Assembly (NCBI GenBank): GCA_965222375.1
Contig: CBDCTZ010000014.1
Location: forward strand, 416,001-480,000
Source: Polyangiaceae bacterium
GTDB taxonomy: Bacteria > Myxococcota_A > Polyangia > Polyangiales > Polyangiaceae
Direction: 5' to 3'
DNA length: 64,000 bases
In this document: piece by piece, positions 16,414 to 27,517 of the stretch
Numbering within the stretch: the stretch's first letter is position 1
How the letters are laid out: every line of letters begins with the position of its first letter
Notes under the pieces: model-generated
What the model was told of the DNA's origin: nothing
The model's database searches: none
What the model saw: only the letters and a program-made list of their open reading frames with translations
Position numbers and translations under genes: made by a program

Positions 16414-19400
16414 ATGAAGCTTTCGCCGCTGTGGACTGCGCTCACCGGGCTGACGCTAGCCGCGGGGCCCTTGGGCGTGGGCGTAGCCTCCTGCGCTCGC
16501 CAGAAAGCCCCCAAATCCGCGCGCCCATCGCTGCTGGATTCTCCGGCTGCAGCAGCCACTTTCAAGACTCCCGCCGTCTGGCGTTACCACCCGGCGCGGG
16601 AATCCAATCTGGGGGCTCGCCTGGATCTGCCCGGAGGCGCGATTCTCCTCGCGGGTGACCGTGGCGAGCGCTGGCTAGCGGAGAAGAAGTCCGGGCGCAT
16701 TACCGCTGCGGCGCGTCTGGCCCCAGAACGCCTGGTCTTCGTGATGAAGCGCGAGGATCGTTTCATCTTCGTAGGCCAAGAGGGAACCAGCTACGAAGCC
16801 GAGGAGGCGCTCGGCCCCTTCGTGCGTTCCAGTGCACCATTGGATCGCTTGGCTCGGGTTTCGGCAGCGGCGGGATCCATCGTCGGCGTGACCCGGGGCA
16901 GCAAGCTCGTGCATTCGGACGATGGCGGCACCACCTGGAACGAAGTCGGGCCGGAGGGCAGCCGCTTCATCGATGTGGAAATCACCGAGGCGCGCACCGG
17001 GTTGGCGCTGGCAGTGCCCGAAGCGTGGCATGTCTCGAAAGATGCCGGCAGGACCTGGACGAAATCGGATATCAACCCCGTCGGCGGCGTGCGCCTTCGC
17101 CGACGCGGAAAAGACGAGATCTATGTCGAGTCTGCCCTTGGCCCAAAGCGCTACAAGTCGCCGGGAGGACTGGTGGAGGTGCGCTCTTTGCCGGGGCGTC
17201 AGCGCTATCAGTTGACGAAGCGCCCACCGCGAGGACCGAACGCCGAGGCCCTGAAGGTCGGCCGTGCGTTGCTTCTGGGCGCGAGCTATCTGGAGGTAGC
17301 CTCAACCAAGTCCAAGCGCGGCCGCGGCTGGGTTCTGTGGCGTGGGCCCTACGATGGGCCCTTGAAAAGCGAGCCTTTGGACGTCGCGAAGGGCTGCCGA
17401 AAGCTTCGCCTTTCCGGCTACGGTGACGACCTAGCCCTGCTGTGTTCGCGCAGAAACGTCGGTTCGGCTCAGGAGTTGGAGCTGCAGCTGAGCGAGGATG
17501 CGGGCAAGACCTGGGAGCGAGATGGCGACATCTTCGTGGGAAAGCTCGCTGAGCTTTCCATGGTCATGGCCCGTGGCGGCAAATTCGTCATCACGGGCAT
17601 CTGTGCCCCGAGCGCGCGCACGCGCGGCTGCAGCCCCTATGGCGTCTACTACCGGCGTCGCGTTCTGCCGGATACGGGCAGCACCAAGAAGCTCAAACGT
17701 GCCGTAAAGATCGTGCGAGAGGACGCTGGCGCGGACGGTGACGAGCCAGAACATGAATTTGCATTGGCCGCGACGCCCGCGCTCGCCAAAGTCGCCCAAG
17801 AGCTTGGCGTGTCCGCCGACGGGCGCACCATCTACGCTGTCGGCAAGCGCACCAAGGGAACAGGCTTTGCCATCTACGTTTCCCAGGATGGCGGTAAGAC
17901 CTTCGAGGGCCACGAGATCCCGGACGTGATCGCAGCCAACTCTTTCGCTCCCCGGGACGAGGACTTCGAACACTTCGCGCGGCCACCGCCTCGACGCAGA
18001 AGCGGTGCGCGCGTGGAGAAGCTGGCTGCAGGCGATGACGGGACTCTGGCTGTGGTGTTCCGCGACGGCAGCCGCAGAACCATCGCCATCGCCGACGAAG
18101 AGGGGCGACTGGTTCAGCTTTCCCGGGCACCCACCGAGGCCCGGCTGGTGGGCGCCAGTGGAACTCGCGCCCTGGCCGTGGATCCAGGCTCCCGGCGCGT
18201 ATGGGAGTCTCTCGACGGTGGCAGCAGTTGGGAGCCCGTGGGTCGGCTGCCCCTCGATATTTGCCCCGGGGATTCCGGCTGTGACGTGCCGCTTTCCTGC
18301 ACACCCTTCGGTTGTACCCTGGGTGACGAGCTGTCCCGAGTCGGCTGGCGCGGGCAAGGGGATGACGACATGGGCGTTCTGGCGCCCACCCGCGGCAAAG
18401 CCAGAAGGCTCCTCGACCGTAAAGTGCGCCAAGCCATTACTTGCACCCTCGACGAGGCCGGTTGGGTGGGGCTTGGGGGGTTGGACCAACCACCGAACGC
18501 CAACCAGGCAGCCATCGGCAAGCTGGCCTGGTACGGCTTGGTGCGGGACTTCAAGACAGCTTCGGCGAAGATCATCTCCAGCAAGCGCGGCAACAAAGGG
18601 CGCCTGGACACCACGGTGCTCCTACCGCCCGTGAAGGGTGCCGGGGCGTTTGCCCTGTATGCGTCCACGCAAGTGGAAGGCGCTGCGGCGCTTCGCTATC
18701 GGGCGCCCGCTTCCACTGGGAAGGTGGCGATCCAGGGCGTCGAGGTGGCGTGGGAAAACTACCTGGAGCACAGAAGCGGACGCGGCAAGATCCCGAACGC
18801 GGGGCCCTACGCCCCCGGCGACTATTCCCGGTCGTCCCGAGGTGGGCAGCGGGCCAACGTGGATCTTCTCAGCGTGGCGCAAGGAGGCGTGTATGTCCGT
18901 GTCCACTCACGCCGGCGCAGCGGGCAATCCACCTACTTCTTGGACGGGCGCAATGTTGCCACCCTGCCTCCGGTCAAATGGGGCCGCACGTCGCTGCGGG
19001 CCAAGGTCAGCGAGGCAGTTCGAGTGGGCAAGAAGCATGTCGGAATGCGCCTGCTCGAAAATGGCGCGGTGGTCCAGACCTCGCGACCGGGTGGAGGCGT
19101 GGCTGCGTTCACCACGGGGATTCCGAAGCCAGGGAGTTTCGGGATGTCCCAAACTCGGGATCTCGCCTACGTGGCCGGCAAGCCAGCCTTGCATCTCATG
19201 ACCTACGACCCGAACGGACAGTCCCACACGGCCTTCCTGTTCCCCTTCGCTGCGGCCGGCGCCGCAGTCGGCAAAGCATTGCCGGTACCCATGCTCAGTG
19301 ACACTTCCGGAGTACCCCGTCGCTGCAATGCCGTCGTGCGCAAAGACACCACGCGGCTGGTCGTCCCGTATCAAGGAGGCACGCGACACCCCATCATCGT

Positions 19401-19713
19401 GACGGACGCCACAGAGCCCATGCGCGTCATGCTCACCGCGCGGGCGGTGATGCACGGGAGCGTGGACAATCCCTGCGTCGCAGCATTTGACGCCGAGGGC
19501 ATTCCCTTGGATCCGACAGACAGCGCCGCGCGCTTTGATCGCGCCATCGTGATGCTCGACGACTCGGAGCCGTCCTGGCTGTTCCGGCGCAACACCACGA
19601 CCTCCCCAACGTCTTACGAGGGGCGCGGCATGAGCTGTCGCTTCGATCCGAATGCGGATGTGCCCCTGGAAGTCTATTCGGCACCCGGGACCGTGGTTGG
19701 CCGAGCCTACTAG
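16414..19713 (+). CDS. Large lipoprotein with BNR/Asp-box repeats (beta-propeller)
   Basis: Lipobox VASC; Asp-boxes [40 protein letters not shown]. Confidence 0.75.
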   Translation: MKLSPLWTALTGLTLAAGPLGVGVASCARQKAPKSARPSLLDSPAAAATFKTPAVWRYHPARESNLGARLDLPGGAILLAGDRGERWLAEKKSGRITAAARLAPERLVFVMKREDRFIFVGQEGTSYEAEEALGPFVRSSAPLDRLARVSAAAGSIVGVTRGSKLVHSDDGGTTWNEVGPEGSRFIDVEITEARTGLALAVPEAWHVSKDAGRTWTKSDINPVGGVRLRRRGKDEIYVESALGPKRYKSPGGLVEVRSLPGRQRYQLTKRPPRGPNAEALKVGRALLLGASYLEVASTKSKRGRGWVLWRGPYDGPLKSEPLDVAKGCRKLRLSGYGDDLALLCSRRNVGSAQELELQLSEDAGKTWERDGDIFVGKLAELSMVMARGGKFVITGICAPSARTRGCSPYGVYYRRRVLPDTGSTKKLKRAVKIVREDAGADGDEPEHEFALAATPALAKVAQELGVSADGRTIYAVGKRTKGTGFAIYVSQDGGKTFEGHEIPDVIAANSFAPRDEDFEHFARPPPRRRSGARVEKLAAGDDGTLAVVFRDGSRRTIAIADEEGRLVQLSRAPTEARLVGASGTRALAVDPGSRRVWESLDGGSSWEPVGRLPLDICPGDSGCDVPLSCTPFGCTLGDELSRVGWRGQGDDDMGVLAPTRGKARRLLDRKVRQAITCTLDEAGWVGLGGLDQPPNANQAAIGKLAWYGLVRDFKTASAKIISSKRGNKGRLDTTVLLPPVKGAGAFALYASTQVEGAAALRYRAPASTGKVAIQGVEVAWENYLEHRSGRGKIPNAGPYAPGDYSRSSRGGQRANVDLLSVAQGGVYVRVHSRRRSGQSTYFLDGRNVATLPPVKWGRTSLRAKVSEAVRVGKKHVGMRLLENGAVVQTSRPGGGVAAFTTGIPKPGSFGMSQTRDLAYVAGKPALHLMTYDPNGQSHTAFLFPFAAAGAAVGKALPVPMLSDTSGVPRRCNAVVRKDTTRLVVPYQGGTRHPIIVTDATEPMRVMLTARAVMHGSVDNPCVAAFDAEGIPLDPTDSAARFDRAIVMLDDSEPSWLFRRNTTTSPTSYEGRGMSCRFDPNADVPLEVYSAPGTVVGRAY

Positions 19714-19825
19714 GCGACCCGCCGACCAAAACCCGCTGACCTGCGCGCCGAATCCGACGTTGCTGAAGCCAGGGCGCCCCGCCTGCTGGCGCTCCGGCGC
19801 CCACTGTTTTAGGCCTGCCGCTGCC

Positions 19826-21130
19826 ATGATTGCTCGCTACACCCCGGAAGATTTCGCAGAGTTGTGGTCCGACGCCACCCGCTACGCCACTTGGCTCGAG
19901 GTCGAACTGGCGGCCTGCAGCGCCATGGAAGAGGCGGGCCTCGTGCCGGCGGGCACGGCTCGTGAGATCGAGGCCAAGAAGCTGAAGCTCGATCCCAGCG
20001 AGATCGAGAACATCGAAAAGACCACGCGCCACGACGTGATCGCGTTCCTCACTCACGTGGAGCGGCTGGCAGGTGCTCCCGCCAAGTACCTGCATCGCGG
20101 TATGACCTCCAGCGACGTACTGGATACGAGCTTCGCGCTACTCCTAGTACGCGCGGCCGACGCGTTGATAGAGCGCACCAAGGGACTAGAAGTCGCTCTC
20201 GCAAAGCGCTCTCGGCAGCACGTAGCCACGCCCACGATTGGTCGCTCCCACGGCATTCAAGCGGAGCCTGTGACCTTTGGCATGGTGCTTTCGGGGCACT
20301 ACGCCGAAATCAAACGTGGCCGCCGTCGCCTCCAGTCCGCCCGGGAAGAAATCGCCGTCGGCAAAATAGCTGGAGCTGTCGGCACCTACGCCCACCTGAC
20401 GCCCGCCATCGAGGCCCAGGCTCTAGGCCAGCTGGGGCTCACTCCCGAAACCGTTTCGACTCAGGTTGTCGCGCGGGATCGCCACGCGGCGTTCTTCTCG
20501 GCCATGGCGCTACTGGCCGCCGGCATCGAGCGGCTCGCGACCAACATTCGCCATCTGCAACGGACGGAAGTTGGCGAAGCCGAAGAGAAGTTCTCGGCGG
20601 GGCAGAAGGGCTCCAGCGCGATGCCCCACAAGCGCAATCCGATCCTCAGCGAGAACTTGTGCGGCCTGGCGCGCATCGTGAGAAGTGCCGTGGCGCCCGC
20701 CCTCGAGAACGTGGCACTGTGGCACGAGCGTGACATCTCGCATTCCAGCGTAGAGCGCATGATTGCCCCGGACGCCACCACCACGCTGGCGTTCATGCTC
20801 GACCGCGCTACCCGGTTGGTGGACGGCCTCGTAGTTTACGAGGACAAGATGCGCGCCGGCCTGGATGCGGGCCGAGGCCTTTTCTTCAGCGAGGCCGTGT
20901 TGCTCGCTCTGGTCGACAAGAAGCTTGCTCGCCAAGCTGCCTATGAACTCGTGCAGAAGAACGCCATGCGGGCGTTTGCGGGGGAGGGCGAGTTGGTCGA
21001 GTTGCTATGCGCGGACGACGCGATCCGAAAGCACCTTTCCGAGGACGAGATCCGCCACTGCTTCGACCTGGATCACGCTCTTCGCCATTGCGCTGCGGTT
21101 GTCGAGCGCGCTTTGGAGGGAGCTGAGTGA
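19826..21130 (+). CDS. purB: Adenylosuccinate lyase
   Basis: MIARY start, [19 protein letters not shown] signature, [12 protein letters not shown]. Confidence 0.96.
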   Translation: MIARYTPEDFAELWSDATRYATWLEVELAACSAMEEAGLVPAGTAREIEAKKLKLDPSEIENIEKTTRHDVIAFLTHVERLAGAPAKYLHRGMTSSDVLDTSFALLLVRAADALIERTKGLEVALAKRSRQHVATPTIGRSHGIQAEPVTFGMVLSGHYAEIKRGRRRLQSAREEIAVGKIAGAVGTYAHLTPAIEAQALGQLGLTPETVSTQVVARDRHAAFFSAMALLAAGIERLATNIRHLQRTEVGEAEEKFSAGQKGSSAMPHKRNPILSENLCGLARIVRSAVAPALENVALWHERDISHSSVERMIAPDATTTLAFMLDRATRLVDGLVVYEDKMRAGLDAGRGLFFSEAVLLALVDKKLARQAAYELVQKNAMRAFAGEGELVELLCADDAIRKHLSEDEIRHCFDLDHALRHCAAVVERALEGAE

Positions 21131-21864
21131 GCCTACGCGGTAAAAGCGTTGCCGTCGTCGTGCCGGCCTACGCCGAGGCAGCGCACATCCACCGCGTGTT
21201 GTGCGGCATGCCCGATTGGGTTGACCATATCTTGGTCGTGGACGACGCCAGTCCGGATGCGACCGCTGCGGTGGTGCTCGAGGCAGCGTTGCCCAAGGTG
21301 CGCCTGCTGTCGCACCCTCGGAACCGGGGGGTCGGTGCCGCCATCGCCACGGGCTACGACGCCGCGTTACTGATGGGCGCCGACGTCATTGCCGTGATGG
21401 CCGGCGACGGCCAGATGGATCCCGAAGATCTCCTCGCCGTGGTCACACCCGTGCTCGAGGGCGACGCGGACTATGCCAAGGGCAATCGCTTCGTTCACCC
21501 CCGCGCGCGCGACATGCCCATGTTGCGCAGACTGGGCAGCGCCGCCCTGTCCCTTTGGACCCGCCGCTTGACCGGGCTGGTCATAAGCGACACTCAATGC
21601 GGCTTCACCGCAATCGCAGCCAGCGCCGCCAAGAGCGTGCCCCTGGGCGAGCTCTGGCCTCGCTACGGTTACCCGAACGATCTCCTGGGCATGCTGGCCG
21701 CGCAAGGGTTGCGAGTGTTGGACGTGCCGGTGCGGCCCGTGTACGCCAATGAAGCCAGCGGTCTGCGGGCTTGGCACCCGCTGCTCATCGGCTGGGTCGC
21801 GTTGCGTCGTCACCTTCGCATTCGACGAAAGCCTCATCCCGTGAGGTCGACTGGCACCGTCTGA
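21127..21864 (+). CDS. Glycosyltransferase family 2 (DPM/polyprenol-phosphate sugar synthase-like)
   Basis: [35 protein letters not shown]. Confidence 0.88.
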   Translation: MSLRGKSVAVVVPAYAEAAHIHRVLCGMPDWVDHILVVDDASPDATAAVVLEAALPKVRLLSHPRNRGVGAAIATGYDAALLMGADVIAVMAGDGQMDPEDLLAVVTPVLEGDADYAKGNRFVHPRARDMPMLRRLGSAALSLWTRRLTGLVISDTQCGFTAIAASAAKSVPLGELWPRYGYPNDLLGMLAAQGLRVLDVPVRPVYANEASGLRAWHPLLIGWVALRRHLRIRRKPHPVRSTGTV

Positions 21865-22526
21865 TGGTGGACGGATCCGGTGCAGTTCGGGAGGTCGCTC
21901 CGGCCAGCTGTCCAGCCGGGCCCGAGCGGCGCGGTCGACGCGCGCTCTGGGTCATCTTGGGCGCGCTCGTGGTGTTGCCCGGCGCGTACTTCGCCTACGC
22001 TTGGCTGACCTATCCCAGCGACAAGACGCCTGAAGGCGCGTATCTGCGAGTGATGAGTGCCGTCAACCGCGGCAGCGGACAAGATCTCTTCCACTACACC
22101 GAAACCGAGTCGCAACACGCCTGCTACACGATTCGGGACTTTCGCAAGAAGGCGCGAGCCAGCGTGATGCGCGGCTACCCGGAGCCCCAACGCACGGAGC
22201 TCAGCGAGCAGTACAAGCCCTTTGCCGAAGCGCCGGATGGCAAAGATGTATTCGCCATCTACGCCGAGCGCCAGGGCTATCTCAATCGGCTGCGCCGGGA
22301 TCTCTCGGGCATCGCGAAAGTCGAGACCAGCGGCGAGCGCGCGAGCGTGCAAACCGTCAAGGGCACTCGTTATCCGTTCCGGCGCCGCGACAATGGCATG
22401 TGGGGACTCACCCTGTTCACCGCAGAGCTCGCGCAAGAAGCACAACGCGCGGCGCGAGATGCCGCGCTTGTCGAGAAGGCCGCCCAGGACTACGAACGCG
22501 CGCGTAAGCGCGACCAAAAGAAGTAG
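21864..22526 (+). CDS. Hypothetical membrane-anchored protein
   Basis: TGATG overlap with the GT2 stop; one TM helix followed by a soluble domain. Confidence 0.7.
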   Translation: MVDGSGAVREVAPASCPAGPERRGRRALWVILGALVVLPGAYFAYAWLTYPSDKTPEGAYLRVMSAVNRGSGQDLFHYTETESQHACYTIRDFRKKARASVMRGYPEPQRTELSEQYKPFAEAPDGKDVFAIYAERQGYLNRLRRDLSGIAKVETSGERASVQTVKGTRYPFRRRDNGMWGLTLFTAELAQEAQRAARDAALVEKAAQDYERARKRDQKK

Positions 22527-22530
22527 GATC

Positions 22531-22965
22531 TCAGCGCGGGTTGCGCGTCTTGACGTCTTCGTAACCGTAGCCCGGCGGAATGCCAGTCTCCACGGGCAAA
22601 TCCTTCCGACTCCAGCCTGGATTCAGTCGGCCGAAGGCGTCCTTGTTTCCTTCCCAGCCCGTCAAAAGATCTGCCATTTGTGTGTAGCCAGCGCCGACCA
22701 GCATTTCCGCCGCGCGCCGCGACCGACCACCGCTGCGACAGCCGAGTAGAAGCTTCTCGCTCTTGCCGAAGCAGCGCTGCATCACTTCCATGAACTCGGG
22801 GTTGGGCTGCATGCCGCCCGGGCCCATGTTCAAGAGTGGAACGTTGAACGAATGCGGAACGTGTCCAGCCTCGAACTCCGGCACACTGCGCACGTCCACA
22901 TACACCCAGCCGTCCTTCATCAGTTCGACTGCCTCTTCCGGGGACACGCCCTTGATATCCGCCAC
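22531..22965 (-). CDS. Rhodanese-like domain protein
   Basis: VDVRSVPEFEAGHVP and CRSGGRS loop. Confidence 0.9.
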   Translation of the reverse strand: MADIKGVSPEEAVELMKDGWVYVDVRSVPEFEAGHVPHSFNVPLLNMGPGGMQPNPEFMEVMQRCFGKSEKLLLGCRSGGRSRRAAEMLVGAGYTQMADLLTGWEGNKDAFGRLNPGWSRKDLPVETGIPPGYGYEDVKTRNPR

Positions 22966-23077
22966 GCCGCACTTCCTCCGTTTCGTGAGTTCGTCTAGCG
23001 TTTCCCGGCCCGGATCGCCAGTGGACTCGACCTTTCGCTTGGCTCACGGGCCGACCCAGCGTTAGGCTGGTCAGCGA

Positions 23078-24745
23078 GTGCACCAACAGCTCGGCCCCGC
23101 TGCCGTCAGAGTCGTTCCATTGGGGGGGTTGGGCGAAATTGGCATGAATTGTCTCGCTCTAGAGCAGCGGGACGGCATCGTCGTGGTGGACTGTGGGACC
23201 GCCTTTCCCGAGTCGGACCTCGGAATCGACGTGATCCACCCAGATTTCTCCTGGCTGGTGGACAACGTCGATCGCCTCAGCGGGGTCGTGCTCACTCACG
23301 GCCACGAGGATCACATCGGGGCAGTTTCGTTTCTACTCAGCGAGGTGGACGTGCCGATTTGGGCGCCGGCTCACGCTCGGGCCTTGGTCGAGAGGCGACT
23401 CCCGGAGCGGGGCTTTTCCCTCAAAGAAGTTCGCTTCCGCGATCACCGCGTGGGGGAGCCCTTCAAGGTTGGGCCTTTCGAGATCGAATCCATTCGCGTC
23501 GCGCATTCCATTACCGATGCCACCGCACTGGCCATTCGCACGGCGGCAGGGCTGGTGCTGCACACCGGGGACTTCAACTTCGACCCAGATCCGCCTGACG
23601 GCGAGCCCACGGACGAGGCCCGACTGCGCGAACTGGGGGACGAAGGCGTGGGGCTGCTCCTGAGCGACAGTACCAACATCGACGTGCCGGAGCGGGCGGG
23701 TTCGGAGCGGGAGGTCGCTGAGGCGCTCCGCCGGATCGTCGCCGCCGCGAAGAATCGCGTCTTCATCGTCATGTTCGCCAGCAACGTACAGCGCCTTCGC
23801 TCCCTCGGCGACATCGCTCAGGAGAGCGGCCGCAAGATCTGTCTGTTGGGGCGATCCTTGGGCAACCACGCGGAGATAGCCAAGGCCCTCAGGCGCCTGG
23901 ATTGGCCGAGCGATCTAGTGATCGCGCCGGAGCAGGCCCGGGACCTGCCCAGGGATCGCGTACTGGTCTTGGCCGGGGGATCCCAGGCCGAACGTGCCTC
24001 GGCGATGCGTAGACTGGCCTGGAACGAGCACGGCCAGATGGAAGTCAGCGAGGGCGACGACGTCGTCTTTTCGAGTCGAGTCATTCCGGGAAACGAGCGC
24101 GTCGTGTTCGCCATGATGTGCGACTTGCTTCGCCTGGGCGTGAAGCTGCACACCCGGGTTACCGACCCGAGCGTGCACACCAGCGGTCACGGTGGTCGCT
24201 CAGAGCAGCGCAAGATGCTCGAGCTGATCCGGCCCAAGGCCTTCATTCCCGTGCACGGCACCTTGCACCACCTGCTACGCCACGCGGAGCTAGGCCGGGA
24301 AGTGGGCGTCGACAGCGTAGACGTGATCGAGAACGGCAGCACGGCTGTCTGGGATGCCGATGCCGGCTTGAGTCGGGGAGCGAACGTGCCACACGGCAAG
24401 ATCGACATTGCCATGGGGGGAGAGCCCCTCGAAGGCGACGTCCTGAAGCGTCGCGCAGATTTGGGTCGCACGGGCTGCGCCCTCGTGAGCGTGGTGGTGG
24501 ACGCGGAAGAAAAGATGGTGGCGCCGCCCAGCGTGACCACCCGAGGCATTCCCGCGGTGGATGACGATGAACACGCACTACGCGCGGTTGCCCGCGCTGT
24601 GGAGGAACAGCTCCGGATCCGGCGCAAGCGTCGGCGAGGTACTCTGCCTCTGGAGGAAGAAGCCCGGCGCGCCGCACGCCGCGTCTTGCTGGACGAAAGC
24701 GGCGTGCGCTCCCAGATCGACGTGCACGTGCTGCGACTCCAGTAG
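23078..24745 (+). CDS. rnj: Ribonuclease J
   Basis: PLGGLGEIGMN, THGHEDHIG, HTGDF, DSTN, HTSGH, PVHG. Confidence 0.95.
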   Translation: MHQQLGPAAVRVVPLGGLGEIGMNCLALEQRDGIVVVDCGTAFPESDLGIDVIHPDFSWLVDNVDRLSGVVLTHGHEDHIGAVSFLLSEVDVPIWAPAHARALVERRLPERGFSLKEVRFRDHRVGEPFKVGPFEIESIRVAHSITDATALAIRTAAGLVLHTGDFNFDPDPPDGEPTDEARLRELGDEGVGLLLSDSTNIDVPERAGSEREVAEALRRIVAAAKNRVFIVMFASNVQRLRSLGDIAQESGRKICLLGRSLGNHAEIAKALRRLDWPSDLVIAPEQARDLPRDRVLVLAGGSQAERASAMRRLAWNEHGQMEVSEGDDVVFSSRVIPGNERVVFAMMCDLLRLGVKLHTRVTDPSVHTSGHGGRSEQRKMLELIRPKAFIPVHGTLHHLLRHAELGREVGVDSVDVIENGSTAVWDADAGLSRGANVPHGKIDIAMGGEPLEGDVLKRRADLGRTGCALVSVVVDAEEKMVAPPSVTTRGIPAVDDDEHALRAVARAVEEQLRIRRKRRRGTLPLEEEARRAARRVLLDESGVRSQIDVHVLRLQ

Positions 24746-24820
24746 CGTAAATATTTGAAACTATTGGTTAATTTGTGCTGATCGGGGGCAAGCTCGAGGG
24801 TCGCGCTAGGCTGACGCCGC

Positions 24821-25930
24821 ATGACGAGCAGGATCGTTCTAATCGCCACCGCTGGCTTGTGCGCGCTGTTGGCGGGCTGTGATCGCGGCGCGGTCGCCGA
24901 GCCGAGCCCGCCGCCGGCAAAGAAGCGGCCGCCCGCTCCGACGAGAAGCCCGACGGTGCTCGACGACAACAGTTTTCGGATGCCCGCCGCTGCCCGGGTA
25001 GTTGCGATCGGTGATGTGCACGGTGACATCGCTGCCACGCGCACGGCCCTCAAGCTGGCCGGCGCTATCGACGACAAGGACGAATGGATCGGCGGTAAGC
25101 TCGTGGTCGTTCAGACCGGCGACCAGCTCGATCGCGGCGACGATGAACCGGAGATCCTCGATCTCTTCGAGGCCCTGGAGAAGAAGGCAAAGGCTGCTGG
25201 AGGAGGCTTCTACGCCCTCAACGGTAACCACGAAGTGATGAATGTGGCCGCAGATTTTCGATACGTCACCGAGGACGGTTTCGTCGACTACAAGGACGCC
25301 CAGCCCACCACCGGTAGTGTGAAGCGTAGAGTCCAAACTCTCGATCCCAAGATGCGCGGTCGCGCTGCGGCTTTCTTGCCGGGTGGGCCTCAGGCCAAGC
25401 GCCTTTCCCGCCGCCCCATCGGAATCGTGGTCGGCGACACTGCCTTCGCCCACGGCGGGATCCTCCCGGGCCACATGCGCTACGGTCTCGGGCGCATCAA
25501 CGACGAGACGCGCAAGTGGATGGAGGGTCAGACTGCCAAGGCTCCCGAGATCTTGCAGAGCCAGGATTCGCCGATCTGGACCCGGGCCTATTCGGACGGC
25601 ACGCCTAGCGCGCGCAGTTGTGCCGCCCTCGGGCGTGCTCTGACAATGCTCCAAGCCAAGCGCATGGTCGTCGGCCATACCGTGCAAAAAGAGGGCATCA
25701 CTTCCGGCTGCGGCGGCCGCGTCTGGCGCATCGACGTGGGGCTCGCCAAGCACTACGGCGGCAAGCCCCAGGTGCTGGAGATCAAAGGCGGCGTCGTCAC
25801 AGCCCTAGGCAAGGATGGACCCATCCCCGCCGCCAGCGCACCGCCCGCAACCTCGGGCCGTCCGGTCTTGGTCGCGCCGACCCGCCGCGGTCTCTCCAAG
25901 AAGCCCACCACCCTGCCCGCCAACCCCTGA
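24821..25930 (+). CDS. Lipoprotein metallophosphatase (Shewanella-like PPP phosphatase)
   Basis: Lipobox LAGC; GDVHG, GDQLDRG, GNHE, HGG, GHT, IDVG. Confidence 0.88.
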   Translation: MTSRIVLIATAGLCALLAGCDRGAVAEPSPPPAKKRPPAPTRSPTVLDDNSFRMPAAARVVAIGDVHGDIAATRTALKLAGAIDDKDEWIGGKLVVVQTGDQLDRGDDEPEILDLFEALEKKAKAAGGGFYALNGNHEVMNVAADFRYVTEDGFVDYKDAQPTTGSVKRRVQTLDPKMRGRAAAFLPGGPQAKRLSRRPIGIVVGDTAFAHGGILPGHMRYGLGRINDETRKWMEGQTAKAPEILQSQDSPIWTRAYSDGTPSARSCAALGRALTMLQAKRMVVGHTVQKEGITSGCGGRVWRIDVGLAKHYGGKPQVLEIKGGVVTALGKDGPIPAASAPPATSGRPVLVAPTRRGLSKKPTTLPANP

Positions 25931-25944
25931 CGCACCCTGCCGAC

Positions 25945-25971
25945 AACTTATATGCATAGTGCATATAAGTT
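25945..25971. repeat. Perfect AT-rich palindrome AACTTATATGCA-tag-TGCATATAAGTT
   Basis: 12-bp perfect arms and a 3-nt spacer, read directly; sits at the island's left edge. Confidence 0.9.
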
Positions 25972-25983
25972 AGTTGGGGGTTT

Positions 25984-26040
25984 GGGATGCAACAGAGCTG
26001 CGGTGGAACTCGCAGCAAGCGAGATGGCGCTCCCGCCCGC
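25984..26040 (+). repeat. Bipartite motif copy A
   Basis: GGGATGCAACAGAGCTG (25984-26000), 29-nt spacer, CTCCCGCCCGC (26030-26040). Confidence 0.85.
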
Positions 26041-26120
26041 GGTTCGGAGATCACCCGCCACGCGTACCAGCGCTGAGCGGCAGATGTCACGGCTTCATCA
26101 GCGACACGAACAACAAGCGC

Positions 26121-26362
26121 TCACCAACCCTGAATTGCGCCCGTCGATTCGACGAACTGAGCAAACCTCTCCAACGACACTCCGCGCCACCTCTTGCTTC
26201 CCCTGGCCGCCCATAGGATCGCGTTGGGCTTCACGCGAAGGCGACCAACAGACGCGCCATTCCGGTCGACGATGTGGTGCTCATAGAAGCGAAGCTCAAG
26301 CAGGGGTGGGGATTGGCAGCTGTGGCTTCCAACTTGCTCTGTTTGAAACTCTTCGTGCTCAT
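26121..26362 (-). pseudogene. Small frameshifted gene (VGRLRVKPNAILW motif)
   Basis: ATG 26362 with RBS-like GAGAAAGGA opens a 43-aa frame. The protein-like sequence LELRFYEHHIVDRNGASVGRLRVKPNAILWAARGSKRWRGVSLERFAQFVESTG lies in the -1 frame and ends at TGA 26121. Confidence 0.5.
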
Positions 26363-26378
26363 TGTTGAATTTCCTTTC

Positions 26379-26822
26379 TCAGTCCTTTTTGAATGGCAAG
26401 GTCTTGATAAAGTCACCGAGCCTATCGGCTTCCCGCTGTGTGAGATCCGCGGGGAGACGGAATTGGAGCTCCGCGCCGGGTCGGAGAACGTATCGGTGCG
26501 GAATCATCGATTCCGGTACCGCTTTCGCCGAACCGTCGGGCTCGCATCCATCGGCGAGGGCTTGGGCTGCTATGCGAGCGATGTCGAGCGTTTCAGCCCA
26601 AACAAATCTGGATTGGCGCCCACGGCGGCCGACCATGAATTCACCGAGGTCGAGTTCCTCCAATTGACGAAACAGTTTCACCACCTCGCTACGGGTCGCC
26701 TTGTGCGTGTCCTGAACCGCGTCGACCGCAACTTCGCGCCTGGGTCTCTGCTGGTCAGATAGGCGGCGCATGAACGATTCGGCCAATTCTGAGTCGTTAA
26801 CAAGTCTAGATAGCGGGTCCAT
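26379..26822 (-). CDS. Hypothetical protein with putative winged-helix N-domain (GRRG..SRFVW)
   Basis: TRSEVVKLFRQLEELDLGEFMVGRRGRQSRFVW helix-plus-wing pattern and a second small domain (LRPG...LPADLTQREADRL). Confidence 0.75.
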   Translation of the reverse strand: MDPLSRLVNDSELAESFMRRLSDQQRPRREVAVDAVQDTHKATRSEVVKLFRQLEELDLGEFMVGRRGRQSRFVWAETLDIARIAAQALADGCEPDGSAKAVPESMIPHRYVLRPGAELQFRLPADLTQREADRLGDFIKTLPFKKD

Positions 26823-26828
26823 AAGCAT

Positions 26829-26856
26829 ATGGTAATCACCCAATAGCGAGTGTCAA
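26829..26856 (-). promoter_or_regulatory. Sigma70-type promoter, probably leaderless
   Basis: Minus strand TTGACA-N16-TACCAT, 6 nt before ATG 26822; AT-rich UP-like tract at about 26870-26905. Confidence 0.6.
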
Positions 26857-27517
26857 GCGTTTATGGTTGCCATAGAATAATGTTAAATAAAATTTAGCTT
26901 ATAAGTGGTCCTTAGCGCTCCTCCGGCGGAGGATCTCTTTCTTGCTGGTAACGATTTTTGCCGTATTGGCGTGACCAACGACGTTTTCGTAGATGTTTAA
27001 AGCCAAAGACTGGGCCGCTCGACGTCGCAGGCCCCGCGTGCCCGCGTGACTCTCACGATCGCTGTGCTTATGGTCAGTTGCCCCCCATGCTGCTAGCGCC
27101 GAGGCCCGACTTGCGGAGTTGGGACCAACCGGAAGTCCGCCGCGCGGCTGTCTGCTCGTTGCTCTCGCCCGCCGCCTTCCGTGAACTCGGGCGCTCTGAC
27201 AACAAGGGCCTCGGGTCGCGTGGACTGCAATGAGTGCCTATCATCGGTCCGAGCCGGTCGACGAAGGCTTCTATTCTGAGGCCTTCACTGCAAGCACGAA
27301 GAAACTGACAGCGCCGTTGCACATCAGGAGACCACGGGAAATCCTCGACACTGCTTATGACGCCTCCTCAAGTCGTTGGCGTGTCGATGCTCGTGCTTGG
27401 TTTCGGGTTCCCCCAAGAAGAGACCCCCGCACGGACGAGTAACGCGCCGGAGCATGGCCGGAGTTCAGCGCGCCCGAGCGCGCGCACCTCAACGTGTTGA
27501 CAACTGAGACGCAGTGA

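Noticed and set aside
26861..26888. dif site (TAATGTTAAAT matches the XerD arm 10/11)
   Set aside because: The sequence at the XerC-arm position (TTATGGTTGCC) does not fit; it is better explained as AT-rich promoter DNA.
26946..26961. Sigma54 promoter TGGTAAC...TTGC
   Set aside because: GG-N11-GC spacing is one base too long and there is no convincing downstream gene.
26958..27510. Short ORFs, or an integron attC/ncRNA, in the island gap
   Set aside because: No recognisable protein motifs, no paired RYYYAAC/GTTRRRY boxes and no integrase; left unassigned.
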